Shown piece after piece: positions 1-10,400 of a stretch of DNA of 64,000 nucleotides. Origin of the DNA: Planctomycetota bacterium (GTDB taxonomy: Bacteria; Planctomycetota; UBA1135; UBA2386); assembly GCA_965223545.1 (NCBI GenBank), contig OZ245006.1, forward strand, positions 1,600,001 to 1,664,000, written 5' to 3'. Numbering within the stretch: the first letter of the stretch is position 1; the number at the start of each line of letters is the position of its first letter. A program made the position numbers and the translations under genes. The notes under the pieces are model-generated. The model had not been told where the DNA came from. It saw nothing but the letters and a program-made list of their open reading frames with translations, and did no database searches.

Positions 1-180
1 CAGGCCTACTACCCGCCGGGCTGGGAGGCGAGCGGCGCGCACGGCGCCCCGCTCTTGGACGCGCTGTTCCGCCCGAAGGCCGGCAGTCCAGCGGCGGCGG
101 GCGCGGTGGCACTGGCCGGCCGCCCCTGGCCGGGCTTGGCCGGCGAGACGTTTCGAGGCGCGCTGCCTCCGCTGCCCTGA
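1..180 (+). CDS. 3' end of a CDS truncated by the window edge (hypothetical)
   Basis: Frame 1 is open from base 1 (QAYYPPGWEASG...FRGALPPLP) to TGA at 178-180, with GC-rich third positions. Confidence 0.5.
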   Translation, partial: QAYYPPGWEASGAHGAPLLDALFRPKAGSPAAAGAVALAGRPWPGLAGETFRGALPPLP

Positions 181-275
181 TCCGCGGCGCCCCGACGGGG
201 TCGCGTGATTTCTCGTAACGTGGGCGTCCCCGGGGCTCATTCAGGGCTTCCGTCACCTCGCCTTCCTCCACGCCC

Positions 276-3200
276 ATGGCCGATCCCCGCCTTCGTCCAT
301 CTCCGTTCCGCGGCCTGCTGCTGCCCCTCGCCACCTGCACCGGGCTCTTGGCCACGGATGCCCGACTGACGGGTCAGGGGGCGGCGCTCCTCGCGGACAT
401 CAACGTGCAGCCGGGCAGCGTGAACACCAACTCGTCGCCCTTCGGGTTCGCGGCGCTCGGCCCCTTCGCCTACTGCTCGCTGACCGGGGCCGGCGTCGGC
501 CGCGAGCTCTACCGGACCATCGGGGCGTCGGGGACCACCCAGCTGATCGCGGACATCGAGCCCGGCCCCACCAGCTCGAGCCCGGGTGGATTGCTGATCG
601 TCGGAACGACGGTGTTCTTCAGCGCCGAGACTGCGACCAGCGGCCGAGAGCTGTGGAAATCGGACGGCACGGCCGCCGGCACGGTGCTCGTCGCCGACAT
701 CCAACCCGGGCCGGGCTCCAGCAACCCTTCCGGCCTGGTGACCGACGGCAGCTTGGTCTACTTCAGCGCGGACGACGGCGGCACGGGGGCCGAGTTGTGG
801 CGCACGGACGGGACGGCCAACGGCACTTTCATGGTCGCCGACATCAACGCGGGTTTGGCGTCGTCCAAGCCGCGCGGCATGCTCTGGCTGCCCACCGGGC
901 TCGTATTCGCCGCCGACGACGGCACCAACGGCAACGAGCTCTGGTTCTCGGATGGCACCACCGCCGGCACGTTGCAGCTGGCCGACATCGCCCTGGGCTC
1001 GGCCTCGTCGTCACCGAGCAGCTGGACCCGGCTCGGCAACCGCGTCCTGTTCACCGCGGACGACGGCGGCACTGGTCGCGAGCCGTGGATGACCGACGGC
1101 ACCGCGGCGGGGACGTTTCAGGTCGCCGATATCGCCAGCGGGCCCAACTCGTCCTCTCCCAGCCCCGGAGTGCAGCTGGGCAATCACATCTACTTCACCG
1201 CCGACGACGGTGTGTCCGGCCGCGAACCGTGGCGCACCGATGGTACTACCACGACTCTGGTCGCCGACATCAACCCCAGCGGCGACGGGCTTGGCTCGCC
1301 ACTCGTCGCTCTCAATGGCTGGCTGTACCTCTCGGCGGACGACGGCCAGACCGGCACGGAGCTGTGGCGCACCGACGGAGCCACGACCGCCCTGGTCGCC
1401 GATCTCGAGCCGGGTCCAGCGTCTTCCAGACCCGGCCGCGCGGTGGTGCTCGGGCAAGAGCTCGTGCTCACCGCCTACAACACAGCCACGGGCGAAGAGC
1501 TGTGGAAGTCCGACGGAACCGCTGCGGGCACCAGCCTGTTGCGCGACATCCGGCCCGGCACGTTGTCCAGCGTCCCCCAACATCTGTTCTCGCACCTGTC
1601 GTGGGTCCTGTTTGCAGCCAGCGACGGCACCACCGGCAACGATCTGTGGGCCACCGATGGCACCACCGCCGGCACGAACCCGCTCGACCAAGGACTGATC
1701 GAAGGCAACCAGAGCAGCTTTCCCAGCGAGATGGTCGACCTGTCCGGTGGCACGCTGTTCGTCGCCAGCGATGGCCTCACCGGGCGCGAGCTCTGGCGCA
1801 CCGACGGCACCGGCGCCGGCACGCAGATCGTGCGCGACATCCGGCCGGGCATCGCCGACTCGAGTCCGGGCAACCTGACGAGAGTCGGACGTCACGTGTA
1901 TTTCGCCGCGGACGACGGCACCAACGGGCGCGAGCTCTGGCGCACCGACGGCACCAGCTCCGGTACCGCGATGGTCGCCGACCTTTCGCCGGGCAGCGGT
2001 GGATCCGCTCCCACCGCGCTCGCCGCGTTTCGCGGCGCGCTGTACTTCGCCGCCCTCGACCCGAGCGCCGGCTTCGAGCTCTGGCGCTCCGACGGCACTG
2101 CCGCCGGCACCAGCGTCCTGGCCGACATCTGGCCGGGATCGGGCAGCTCGATTCCCGCCGGTTTGACCCCGGTCGGCGGCTTGCTGTTCTTCGCGGCTTC
2201 GACGCAGACCGCGGGCCGCGAGCTCTGGCGCACCGATGGCTCCGCGGCAGGCACCGTGCTGGTCGCCGACATCGTCAGCGGATCGGCCAGCTCCTCGCCG
2301 AGCACGTTCACGGCATTCGGCAACCTTCTGGTGTTTGCCGCCGCGGACGCCGCCGGCACCGAGCTCTGGCGGTCGGATGGCACGGCGAGCGGCACCGTCC
2401 GCGTCGCCGACATCAACGCGGGGGCATCCTCGTCGGCTCCCGGTGAGCTCACCGCCGTCAACGGCCTGCTCTACTTCGCGGCAACCGACAGCCGCGGACG
2501 CGAGCTGTGGCGGACCAACGGCACGGCGCAGGGCACGGTGCTGGTGCGCGACCTCGAAGTCGGCGCCAACAGCTCCGACCCCACCGGCCTGACCGCGTTC
2601 GAAGACACTCTGCTGTTCGCGGCCAACACCGCCGCGGCGGGCGAGGAACTCTACGCACTGCGCACCGTGACCCCGGTGCTCCTCGACCTCGTGCCGGGAC
2701 CTGCGGGATCGTCGCCACACTCGTTCACGCCGACCGGCAGCCGTTTCGCGTTCTTCTCCGCCGCGACACCGTCGACGGGCCACGAGCTCTGGGTCACCGA
2801 CGGCACTGCCGCAGGCAGCGCGATGCTGCCCGAGCTGTGGGCCGGCGGGGTCGGCTCCGACCCCGACGATCTGCTCCTGAGCGGCGGCGGTCTCGTGTTC
2901 TCCGCCAGTGACCAGCAGCTGGGCCGCGAGCTGTTCGCGCTCGACCCCGGGGCATCGGTGCAGGCCATCGACGTACCCTGCGGCCAAAGCGCGGCGACCC
3001 TGAGCGCCAAGGACCCCGTGCTGGGCACCGCCCTGCGCATGTCCGGCAACGGGGCGCGCGTGGGCGGCGCGGTGGTCGTCCTCCTGAGCTTGCCGACTCC
3101 GGCGATCCCGATGCGCGGCGGCTGCTTCTTCTACCTGTTCCCTCCGACGTTCTCGACGCTGTTCGTGCTCTCGCCAACGAGCACGGCGTGGAGTGCGAGC

Positions 3201-3326
3201 GTTCCGCTGCCGGGGCTCGCTGCGCTCAACGGTATCCAGGTCGGCGCGCAGGCCCTGGTCGCGCCGAGCACGGCCGCGCTCGGCTTCGACCTCACCAACG
3301 CGTTGCGATTGGGGTTAGGCCGCTGA
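276..3326 (+). CDS. Secreted ELWxxDGT-repeat (beta-propeller-like) protein with conserved C-terminal domain
   Basis: Many ~48-aa repeats GxELWxxDGTxAGTxLVADIxPG; N-terminal signal-like segment ending LTG-Q. Confidence 0.93.
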   Translation: MADPRLRPSPFRGLLLPLATCTGLLATDARLTGQGAALLADINVQPGSVNTNSSPFGFAALGPFAYCSLTGAGVGRELYRTIGASGTTQLIADIEPGPTSSSPGGLLIVGTTVFFSAETATSGRELWKSDGTAAGTVLVADIQPGPGSSNPSGLVTDGSLVYFSADDGGTGAELWRTDGTANGTFMVADINAGLASSKPRGMLWLPTGLVFAADDGTNGNELWFSDGTTAGTLQLADIALGSASSSPSSWTRLGNRVLFTADDGGTGREPWMTDGTAAGTFQVADIASGPNSSSPSPGVQLGNHIYFTADDGVSGREPWRTDGTTTTLVADINPSGDGLGSPLVALNGWLYLSADDGQTGTELWRTDGATTALVADLEPGPASSRPGRAVVLGQELVLTAYNTATGEELWKSDGTAAGTSLLRDIRPGTLSSVPQHLFSHLSWVLFAASDGTTGNDLWATDGTTAGTNPLDQGLIEGNQSSFPSEMVDLSGGTLFVASDGLTGRELWRTDGTGAGTQIVRDIRPGIADSSPGNLTRVGRHVYFAADDGTNGRELWRTDGTSSGTAMVADLSPGSGGSAPTALAAFRGALYFAALDPSAGFELWRSDGTAAGTSVLADIWPGSGSSIPAGLTPVGGLLFFAASTQTAGRELWRTDGSAAGTVLVADIVSGSASSSPSTFTAFGNLLVFAAADAAGTELWRSDGTASGTVRVADINAGASSSAPGELTAVNGLLYFAATDSRGRELWRTNGTAQGTVLVRDLEVGANSSDPTGLTAFEDTLLFAANTAAAGEELYALRTVTPVLLDLVPGPAGSSPHSFTPTGSRFAFFSAATPSTGHELWVTDGTAAGSAMLPELWAGGVGSDPDDLLLSGGGLVFSASDQQLGRELFALDPGASVQAIDVPCGQSAATLSAKDPVLGTALRMSGNGARVGGAVVVLLSLPTPAIPMRGGCFFYLFPPTFSTLFVLSPTSTAWSASVPLPGLAALNGIQVGAQALVAPSTAALGFDLTNALRLGLGR

Positions 3327-6135
3327 GCCGGGCGAGGGGCACGACCTCGCCGTAGCTCGCATCGACCGGCTCGACGACGAGGCGGTGCGCGGCGCCGTAG
3401 CCGTGCGCGGACACCACCTCGACCACGTACTCGTCGACTTCGAGTTCGAGGGCGGCCTGCCACGCTGACAGGTACGGCTCGACCGTGAAGCGGAGCACCC
3501 CACCCTGCGAGCCCCGCAGCGAGACGTCGAGGGGCCCGAACGGCGCCGCGGTCCCCGGATGCAAGAACTGCAGCACGCGCCGGAACATGCGGCGCTGCCC
3601 GCCCTCGGGCGCCACCGCCAGCAGCTCCACGGTGCCCGCATCGTGGACCTGCGCGCCGCGCAGCTCGAAGGGGCGCGATCGCCCGCCGCCGCTGCCGGCC
3701 TCGAGCCAACACGTGCCCTCCGGCAGTGCCTCCAGCTCCAGCGGGAGCCGCTCACCCGCGCCGACAACACCGAGTCGCAAGCGCCCCCAGTCGCGGTGAA
3801 CCAGGTAGATCGGCATCGGTGCGCGACTCTGAACGAGATGCGCGACGCCGCGGAGACCGGCCGTGCGCTGGTGGCGCCCCGCCACCTGCAGCTCGATCCC
3901 GTCACCGCCGGGCAGCGCCCCGCGGGCCACGGCGAGCGGCAGGGATACCGGCTCGCCATCGCGAATGCCATCGCGCGGATACACCGACAGCGTCCACGTG
4001 CGTTCGGCCTCGGTGCCCTCGACGGCAAAAGCGAAGCTCCCGTCCGCCTGCAAGATGGCGCGCTCCGTCAAACGACCGGCAGCGCGCTGCACCAACCAGT
4101 CCTCGGCCCGGCCGTGCCAACCCACGACGCGGCCATGCAGGCGGCGATACGAGCGACTCAGCTTCGCGCGCCAGGTCGCATGCCCCCCGCTGTCGACCAC
4201 CACGCTGCCCAATGCACGGCTGCCGCCGTCGGCAGACGTCGCGCTGACCCGGTGGGTTCCCGGAGTGACGCCGCGCAGCGCATAGCGTCCCGCCGCGTCG
4301 GTCCGCGCCGCGACATAGCCGAGCTCGAGCCAGGGGCGCCCGATGACGACGCGGGCCGACGGCACCGGCGCACCCGACTCGTCGACCACGACCCCACTGA
4401 CCTCGGCACAGACGGGCAACGACAGAGTCGTCCGCGCGCGCGCGCCGGCGGTGATCTCGACCTCCGCGGTCGCCACGCCGGAGGCACCTTCCGCGGCCTC
4501 GACGCGAACCCGACCGGGCGCGAGCGCGTCCACCGCGAACCGACCCTCGGCGTCGGTGCGCAACCGAATCGGCGCGGCACCGCGCACGTGCGCGCCGGCC
4601 GAGAGCTCGACCGAGGAAGCGGCGGCCACCGTGTCGATCACGCTCCCGACCTGAACGATCGCGCCCGGCCGCGGACGTCCGCGCGCGTCGACGACCACGC
4701 CCTCGAGCCGGCCAGCTCCCGCGAGCAAGGAGACCACCTGTTGTCCGCCGTCGGCGACCTGGAACACCGCCGCGCGATAGCCGGGTGCGCGCACCATGAC
4801 GTAGCCACCCCGGCGCACATAGGTCGTAAACGCGCCATCGGGCGAGCAGACTCCCAGCCGCTCGCACGGGATCCGGTCGGGGTCCGGCGCCGCCCAGAGC
4901 ACGGCGCCAGCAACCGGGCCGGCGTCGGCGACGACCACTCCATGCACGGCCACTACGTCCGCGGCCAACGCCACTTCCACCGTCGCCAGCTCGTTTCCGA
5001 CGATCTCGATCTCTCGCGTCTGGCCGGGCAGCCGCAGCAACCACCGGCCGGCGCGCAATCCCTCCATGCGCAACTCGCCGCGCGCGTCGGTGGTGCCTGC
5101 ACACGGCGCCTGGGCGGGCCTCGAGGTCGTTGGCTGCACGAGTTGTCGCGGACCCCAACGATCTTCGATCCGCGCCACCCAGTGCAGCGCGTCGTCGGCC
5201 AAGGCCTCCAGCCGAACCGGAACGCTCGGCGCCGGCGCACCGTCGCGCGCCACCCGCAGCAGCAGGCCGGTGCTGCCGGCAGCAACAGCGGTCGGCGCCG
5301 CGATCGCCACCCGGCGGCGCCAACCTCCGCCGACCGCGGACTCCGCCGCGGACACCGGATCGGCAACCCGAGCAAACCGCACCACGCCCGGCGGCGACTC
5401 CGCTGGTGGCAGCAAGACGCTGACCAGAGCGATCGTGGCACCGACGGCGGCGACACCGATCGTTGTGCGGCGCACCGCGCGCAGCTGCGAGGACTCGACG
5501 CCGCGCAGCGCTTCACCGTTCGCACCATTCGGCGTCGCGGCAGCCGCGGCGGGCTGCGCCCAGAACGCGGCGGCGAGCGCCGCTGCGAACCCGGCGGGCA
5601 GGTTGCGGCGCAACATCTCGAGGCCTCGGCTGAGCTGCACCCGCACCCGACCCGCTGGCCGCGACAGGCGCACCGCGATCTGCGCCGGCGTGGCGCCTTC
5701 GATCAGCCGTTGCTCGACCACGGCGCGGTACGGCTGTGGCAGACCAGCGACGCCACGGCGAACCGCTGCCAAGAACTCGCGCACCTCGACCTCGATGAGT
5801 GGATCAGCGCGGTCGTTCAGGCGCATGCGCTCGGGTTCGACGGAGTTGCCGCGCGCGCGCCGCACCCGCCGCACCCAGTTGTGGAGGATGCCGACGAGCC
5901 ACGGCCAAAGCGGCCGGTCGTCGTCCCAGCTGCGGGCCGATTCCAAGGCCGCGGCGAACGTCGCCTGCACGGCATCGTCGACGTCGGCGGGGTCATCGCA
6001 CAAGAACGCGGCGACCAACCTCAGTCGGGCGCCGGTACGGGCATAGATTTGCTCGATGCTGCCCGAGTCGCCGCGGTGGCGATAGCGCTCGAACAGCACC
6101 TCCAGCGACGGAGTCAGGGTCGGGGCCAGGTCCAC
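3292..6135 (-). CDS. ECF sigma-70 factor fused to a TM segment and carboxypeptidase-regulatory-like (Ig/prealbumin-like) repeats
   Basis: Region 2 DVDDAVQATF...LWPWLVGILHN; region 4 LPQPYRAVV...IAVRLSRPAGRVRVQLSRG; hydrophobic IGVAAVGATIALVSVLL; repeats GVVVDxxGxPVPxAxV / TDAxGRF. Confidence 0.88.
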   Translation of the reverse strand: MDLAPTLTPSLEVLFERYRHRGDSGSIEQIYARTGARLRLVAAFLCDDPADVDDAVQATFAAALESARSWDDDRPLWPWLVGILHNWVRRVRRARGNSVEPERMRLNDRADPLIEVEVREFLAAVRRGVAGLPQPYRAVVEQRLIEGATPAQIAVRLSRPAGRVRVQLSRGLEMLRRNLPAGFAAALAAAFWAQPAAAAATPNGANGEALRGVESSQLRAVRRTTIGVAAVGATIALVSVLLPPAESPPGVVRFARVADPVSAAESAVGGGWRRRVAIAAPTAVAAGSTGLLLRVARDGAPAPSVPVRLEALADDALHWVARIEDRWGPRQLVQPTTSRPAQAPCAGTTDARGELRMEGLRAGRWLLRLPGQTREIEIVGNELATVEVALAADVVAVHGVVVADAGPVAGAVLWAAPDPDRIPCERLGVCSPDGAFTTYVRRGGYVMVRAPGYRAAVFQVADGGQQVVSLLAGAGRLEGVVVDARGRPRPGAIVQVGSVIDTVAAASSVELSAGAHVRGAAPIRLRTDAEGRFAVDALAPGRVRVEAAEGASGVATAEVEITAGARARTTLSLPVCAEVSGVVVDESGAPVPSARVVIGRPWLELGYVAARTDAAGRYALRGVTPGTHRVSATSADGGSRALGSVVVDSGGHATWRAKLSRSYRRLHGRVVGWHGRAEDWLVQRAAGRLTERAILQADGSFAFAVEGTEAERTWTLSVYPRDGIRDGEPVSLPLAVARGALPGGDGIELQVAGRHQRTAGLRGVAHLVQSRAPMPIYLVHRDWGRLRLGVVGAGERLPLELEALPEGTCWLEAGSGGGRSRPFELRGAQVHDAGTVELLAVAPEGGQRRMFRRVLQFLHPGTAAPFGPLDVSLRGSQGGVLRFTVEPYLSAWQAALELEVDEYVVEVVSAHGYGAAHRLVVEPVDASYGEVVPLARLSGLTPIATRW

Positions 6136-6298
6136 TCAGCGGCATCATAGACGGTCGGGCAGACACCACCACTCCCCCGCTCGCGCGGGGCGCAGAGGCC
6201 TCCCAACTGCCTCGGGGGGGACGACGAACCGGTCCGCCCCATCGATCGTAAACGAGGGTAACCTCTCGGCTTCAACCCTCCTCTCCTCCCGCCAGCCA

Positions 6299-7381
6299 AT
6301 GCGACCACCCCTCTGTTTCGCCATCACTGCCCTGCTCGCCGCCACAGCCAACGCCCAGGGTGTCTTCATCCCGCCGATCGCCAATACCACGGAGGGCAAC
6401 GACATCTCGTCGTACCCATTCGGCTTCACCCAGTTCCGCTCCCAGCTGCTGCTCGACCAGAGCATGGTCGCGCCGAACTCGGCAGTGATCACCGCGATCG
6501 CGTTCCGCGCCGACAACGACAACTCCTCGGCGAAGCCAGCGGTGACGGTGCAGAACGTGACCATCGACATGAGCCACAGCACGGTGGCGACCGGCGCGAT
6601 GTCGACCACCTACGCGTTGAACGTCACCGGCACTCCAATGACGGTGTTCACCGGCTCGGTCAGCATGCCGGCCTACACGCCCAGTGAGCTCGGCGTCGCG
6701 CCGTGGTTCACGATCAACCTGGACACGCCGTTCGCGTACAATGCGGCGAACGGCAACTTGTTGATCGACATCACCGCGATCGACGTCAACGGCTCCCAGC
6801 GCACGAACTACTCGCTCGACACGTTCTTGCCGGGCGGCAACGTGCGCTCCTTCGGCAACTCCGGCGTGCCGTCGGGCGGTGGCCTTCCCGAACGCATCAC
6901 CGTGTCCTCGAGCAGCGGTGCGAACGGACGCTTTTCCGGTCTGTCGCCGGGCGGCTCGGTCGACGCAGCCGCGGGCGGCTTCTTCGCCGCGGCACCGAAT
7001 GGCTTCTTCATGATCGGCACCGAGCTGATGCCGCCGCTCGACCTGACCGCGCTGGGCATGCCAACGAGCACCGCGTACGTGAACCCGGTGTTCTTCGACG
7101 TGATCTTCCCGTCCGGTCCGCTGCAGCGATGGTTGGCGACGTACCCGCTGCCCAACTCGCCCAACATCGTGGGCGGCCGCATCTTCAGCCAATCGCTGGT
7201 GCAGGACGCGGGCTACCCCGCCGGCTACTACGCAACCACCGCCCAGCAGGTGACGATCGGCGTGGCCACCGTGCAGAGCAACCAGCTCCGCGGCCAGGAT
7301 CCGGCCGCCGCCACCGGCTTCTTGGACAAGACCACCGTCGGCGGCGGCCCCGCCATGCAGTTGAGCGGAACCTTCCAGTAG
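6299..7381 (+). CDS. Secreted hypothetical protein carrying the shared C-terminal-type domain
   Basis: Signal peptide ending ANA-Q; strong coding bias; LDLTALGMP...LPNSPNIVG...SQSLVQD motif. Confidence 0.85.
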   Translation: MRPPLCFAITALLAATANAQGVFIPPIANTTEGNDISSYPFGFTQFRSQLLLDQSMVAPNSAVITAIAFRADNDNSSAKPAVTVQNVTIDMSHSTVATGAMSTTYALNVTGTPMTVFTGSVSMPAYTPSELGVAPWFTINLDTPFAYNAANGNLLIDITAIDVNGSQRTNYSLDTFLPGGNVRSFGNSGVPSGGGLPERITVSSSSGANGRFSGLSPGGSVDAAAGGFFAAAPNGFFMIGTELMPPLDLTALGMPTSTAYVNPVFFDVIFPSGPLQRWLATYPLPNSPNIVGGRIFSQSLVQDAGYPAGYYATTAQQVTIGVATVQSNQLRGQDPAAATGFLDKTTVGGGPAMQLSGTFQ

Positions 7382-7489
7382 CAACGGAGTTGAGACGCTT
7401 GGCCCGGCCCAGGACCGCCGCTGATATCGGCGGTCTGGCGCCTGGCCCCCTTGCCGGACCGGGCGTTTCGGTGCGAAATACACTGTTCC

Positions 7490-10399
7490 ATGCGCTCGCC
7501 CCCCTCCGCTGCCCTGCTCTTCCCGGTCTTGGCCACGGTCCTGGCCGGCGTCGCGCCGGCTCAGCTGACGGTGAGCCAGTTCTCTGGAGTCAACCCCGGT
7601 GACGAGTACGGGCGCGCGGTCGCCGTAATCGGCGACGTCGACGGCGACCTGGTGCCGGACGTCGCAATGGGGATTCCGGGGGACGACACCGGGGGCAACG
7701 ACGCGGGCGCGGTGGAAATCCACTCCGGCGCCGACGGCACGATCATCACTCGCTTGTTCGGAAGCCGGGCAGGCGAGCGGTTCGGCGCGGCTCTGGCCAG
7801 CGCGGGCGACTTCGACGGCGACGGGCGCGCCGACCTGATCGCAGGCGCCCCCACCGCGGCTGGTCTGGTGCGCGTGGTTTCCGGCGCCGACGGCAGCGAT
7901 CTGCTGTTGGTCACCGGCGGAGCTGGCGACCAGCTCGGCACCGCTGTGGCCGGCGACGCCGACTTCGACAACGACGGGTTCTCCGACGTCGCGATGGGTG
8001 CGCCGGGCGCCGGCGGCAGGGGTCAGGTGCGGCTCTACTCGGGCCGCAACGGCCGGTTGCTGCAGACCCTCTCGGGCAACTTCCCGGGCGACCGTTTCGG
8101 CGCCGCGCTCGCGACCTTGCCCGACATCGACGGCGACGGCAACGACGAAGTGCTGGTCGGCATTCCCGGTTTGGACGCCGGCGGCGTCGACGCCGGTGGC
8201 GCGCGGATCTATTCGCCGAACGGGCGGCCGCTGCGCGAGTGGACCGGCGACGCCGCGGGCGACGGCTTCGGCAGCGCGGTGGCCCGGGGCGGTGACATCG
8301 ACGGCGATGGGGTTTCTGAAGCGCTCGTCGGCGCGCCCTTCAACGACGCGGCGGCGCCCGACGGAGGCCAGGTCTCCGCGCTGAGCGGGGCGGACGGGAC
8401 CCGGATCTCGGTGTGGTTCGGCCGGCGGGACAACGACAACTTCGGGACCGCGGTCAGCGGCGGCCAAGACCTGGACGGCGACAACTCGCCGGACGTCATG
8501 GTCGGCGTCCCCGGACGCGACACCGCGGGGCTGGACGCCGGCGCAGTCGAAGTCTTCGCCGGCTTCGACGCACGGCCGCTCTACGAGATCCACGGCACCG
8601 CTGCGGGCGACGGCTTGGGCACGGCGGTGGACCTCGGTGACGACACGAACAGCGACGGCTACGCCGACATGGTCGCCGGCATGCCCGGCAACGACACCGG
8701 CGGCGCGGATGCGGGCGCGGCCTGGCTGCGGAGCCAGAATCCCTACGATGGGGTCGCCGCGCTGCTCAGCCGCGCCGACGCCGGCACCGACGGCAAGCTG
8801 GGAGGCACCCTCGCGATCACCGGCGACGTCAATGGCGATGGCACCGCCGATTACGTTTCAGGCGCCCGCCACGACAACGGTCAGCTCGGCAGCCTGTGGG
8901 TGTACTCGGGCCTCGACCAGAGCGTGCTGCACACGTTCTGGGGCGATGCTCCCGGGGACTCGCTCGGCACCGCTGTCGCCAGCGCGGGGGACGTCGACGG
9001 CGACGGGCTCGACGACATCATCGCCGGCGCCTGGCACGAACAGTCATTCACCTTCGCCAACGGCATGGCCCGGGTGTACTCGGGCGCGACCGGCGCCGTG
9101 CTGCACACCTTCTACGGAACCAGCTATCGCGACCACATGGGTACCGCCGTCGGCGGCATCGGCGACGTCGACGGCGATGGTGTCCCCGACCTGGCGGTCG
9201 GTCTCGGCATCCGTTTCCGCAACACGGAGGAGGGCTCGGTCTGGGTCTACTCGGGCGCGACCGGCAACAAGCTGTACGAGGTCGATGGCAAGTTCAACTT
9301 CGAGTGGTTCGGCTGGAAGCTCGCCGCGCTGCACGGTGATCTCAATGGCGACGGCGTGCCCGACTTCATCGCCGCGGGGCCGCAGTATCTGCCGCAGGTC
9401 ACGGGCCCCGGGCTGGTGCGCGCCATCTCGGGCGTCGACGGCGCCGTGCTCTACTCGGTGGCCGGCATCGCGCTGGGCGACCGCTTCGGCAACAGCTTGC
9501 ACGGCCTCGGCGATATCGATGACGACGGCGCCCCCGACTTCGTCGTCGGTGCCACCGAGGACGACGTCGGCGCTCCGGACGCCGGCGCGGCGCGGGTGTA
9601 CTCCGGTGCCACCGGCGCGCTGCTCGCCCAATGGGTGGGTGAGAACGCCGGCGACAGGTTCGGCGCAGTGGGTAGCGGCGGCGACGCCGACGGTGACGGC
9701 CTGGACGACATCGCCGTCGGCGCAACCGGCTACGACGGACCGGCGGGCGCGGACGCGGGCCGGATCTACATCTATTCGTCGCGCACCTTCGCGCTGCTGG
9801 TGACGATCGAAGGCACCCAGTCGTCGATCGATTTCGGCGTGACCACCAACATCCTCCCGGACACGGACGGCGACGGTTACGGCGAAGTCGTGGCCGGGGC
9901 ACAGCTCGCCGACGACAACGGTATGGACAGCGGTCGCATCGAGGTCTTCACCTCGTTGGCGGCCAGTCAGCCCGGAAGCGCGCGCACGTTTGGCATCGGC
10001 TGCGCAACGGCCGACGGCAAGCTGATGCGCCTCGCCGTCGAAGCGCGCCCTCAACTGGGTCGCCGCGCCGACGTGTCGGTACGGGCCGGCCCGGCGTCCA
10101 GTGTCGGCCTGATCGCGATCGGAGACAGCGCCACTCAATGGAGCGGAGTGCCCCTCCCGCTGGCCCTCGGTCCCGCCGCTCCGGCATGTTCGTTGACCAC
10201 CAACATGCGTCTGACGATTCCGGTCGGCTTCGACGCGCTTGGTCAGGCGCGCGTACCACTGGGGGTTCCCGCCAACGCCGGCCTCCTCGGCGCGGTGCTC
10301 TACATGCAGTTCGCCGCGGTCTCGCCGGGCGCCAATCCACTCGGCGTAGCGCTGAGCGATACCGCCGAGATCCGCATCGGCGAGCTCCACAGCCTCTGA
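7490..10399 (+). CDS. Secreted FG-GAP (integrin-alpha-like) repeat protein with conserved C-terminal domain
   Basis: Many FGxAVxxxGDxDGDGxxDxxVGAP repeats; signal peptide ending APA-Q; ATG 7490 chosen as start. Confidence 0.93.
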   Translation: MRSPPSAALLFPVLATVLAGVAPAQLTVSQFSGVNPGDEYGRAVAVIGDVDGDLVPDVAMGIPGDDTGGNDAGAVEIHSGADGTIITRLFGSRAGERFGAALASAGDFDGDGRADLIAGAPTAAGLVRVVSGADGSDLLLVTGGAGDQLGTAVAGDADFDNDGFSDVAMGAPGAGGRGQVRLYSGRNGRLLQTLSGNFPGDRFGAALATLPDIDGDGNDEVLVGIPGLDAGGVDAGGARIYSPNGRPLREWTGDAAGDGFGSAVARGGDIDGDGVSEALVGAPFNDAAAPDGGQVSALSGADGTRISVWFGRRDNDNFGTAVSGGQDLDGDNSPDVMVGVPGRDTAGLDAGAVEVFAGFDARPLYEIHGTAAGDGLGTAVDLGDDTNSDGYADMVAGMPGNDTGGADAGAAWLRSQNPYDGVAALLSRADAGTDGKLGGTLAITGDVNGDGTADYVSGARHDNGQLGSLWVYSGLDQSVLHTFWGDAPGDSLGTAVASAGDVDGDGLDDIIAGAWHEQSFTFANGMARVYSGATGAVLHTFYGTSYRDHMGTAVGGIGDVDGDGVPDLAVGLGIRFRNTEEGSVWVYSGATGNKLYEVDGKFNFEWFGWKLAALHGDLNGDGVPDFIAAGPQYLPQVTGPGLVRAISGVDGAVLYSVAGIALGDRFGNSLHGLGDIDDDGAPDFVVGATEDDVGAPDAGAARVYSGATGALLAQWVGENAGDRFGAVGSGGDADGDGLDDIAVGATGYDGPAGADAGRIYIYSSRTFALLVTIEGTQSSIDFGVTTNILPDTDGDGYGEVVAGAQLADDNGMDSGRIEVFTSLAASQPGSARTFGIGCATADGKLMRLAVEARPQLGRRADVSVRAGPASSVGLIAIGDSATQWSGVPLPLALGPAAPACSLTTNMRLTIPVGFDALGQARVPLGVPANAGLLGAVLYMQFAAVSPGANPLGVALSDTAEIRIGELHSL

Positions 10400-10400
10400 C

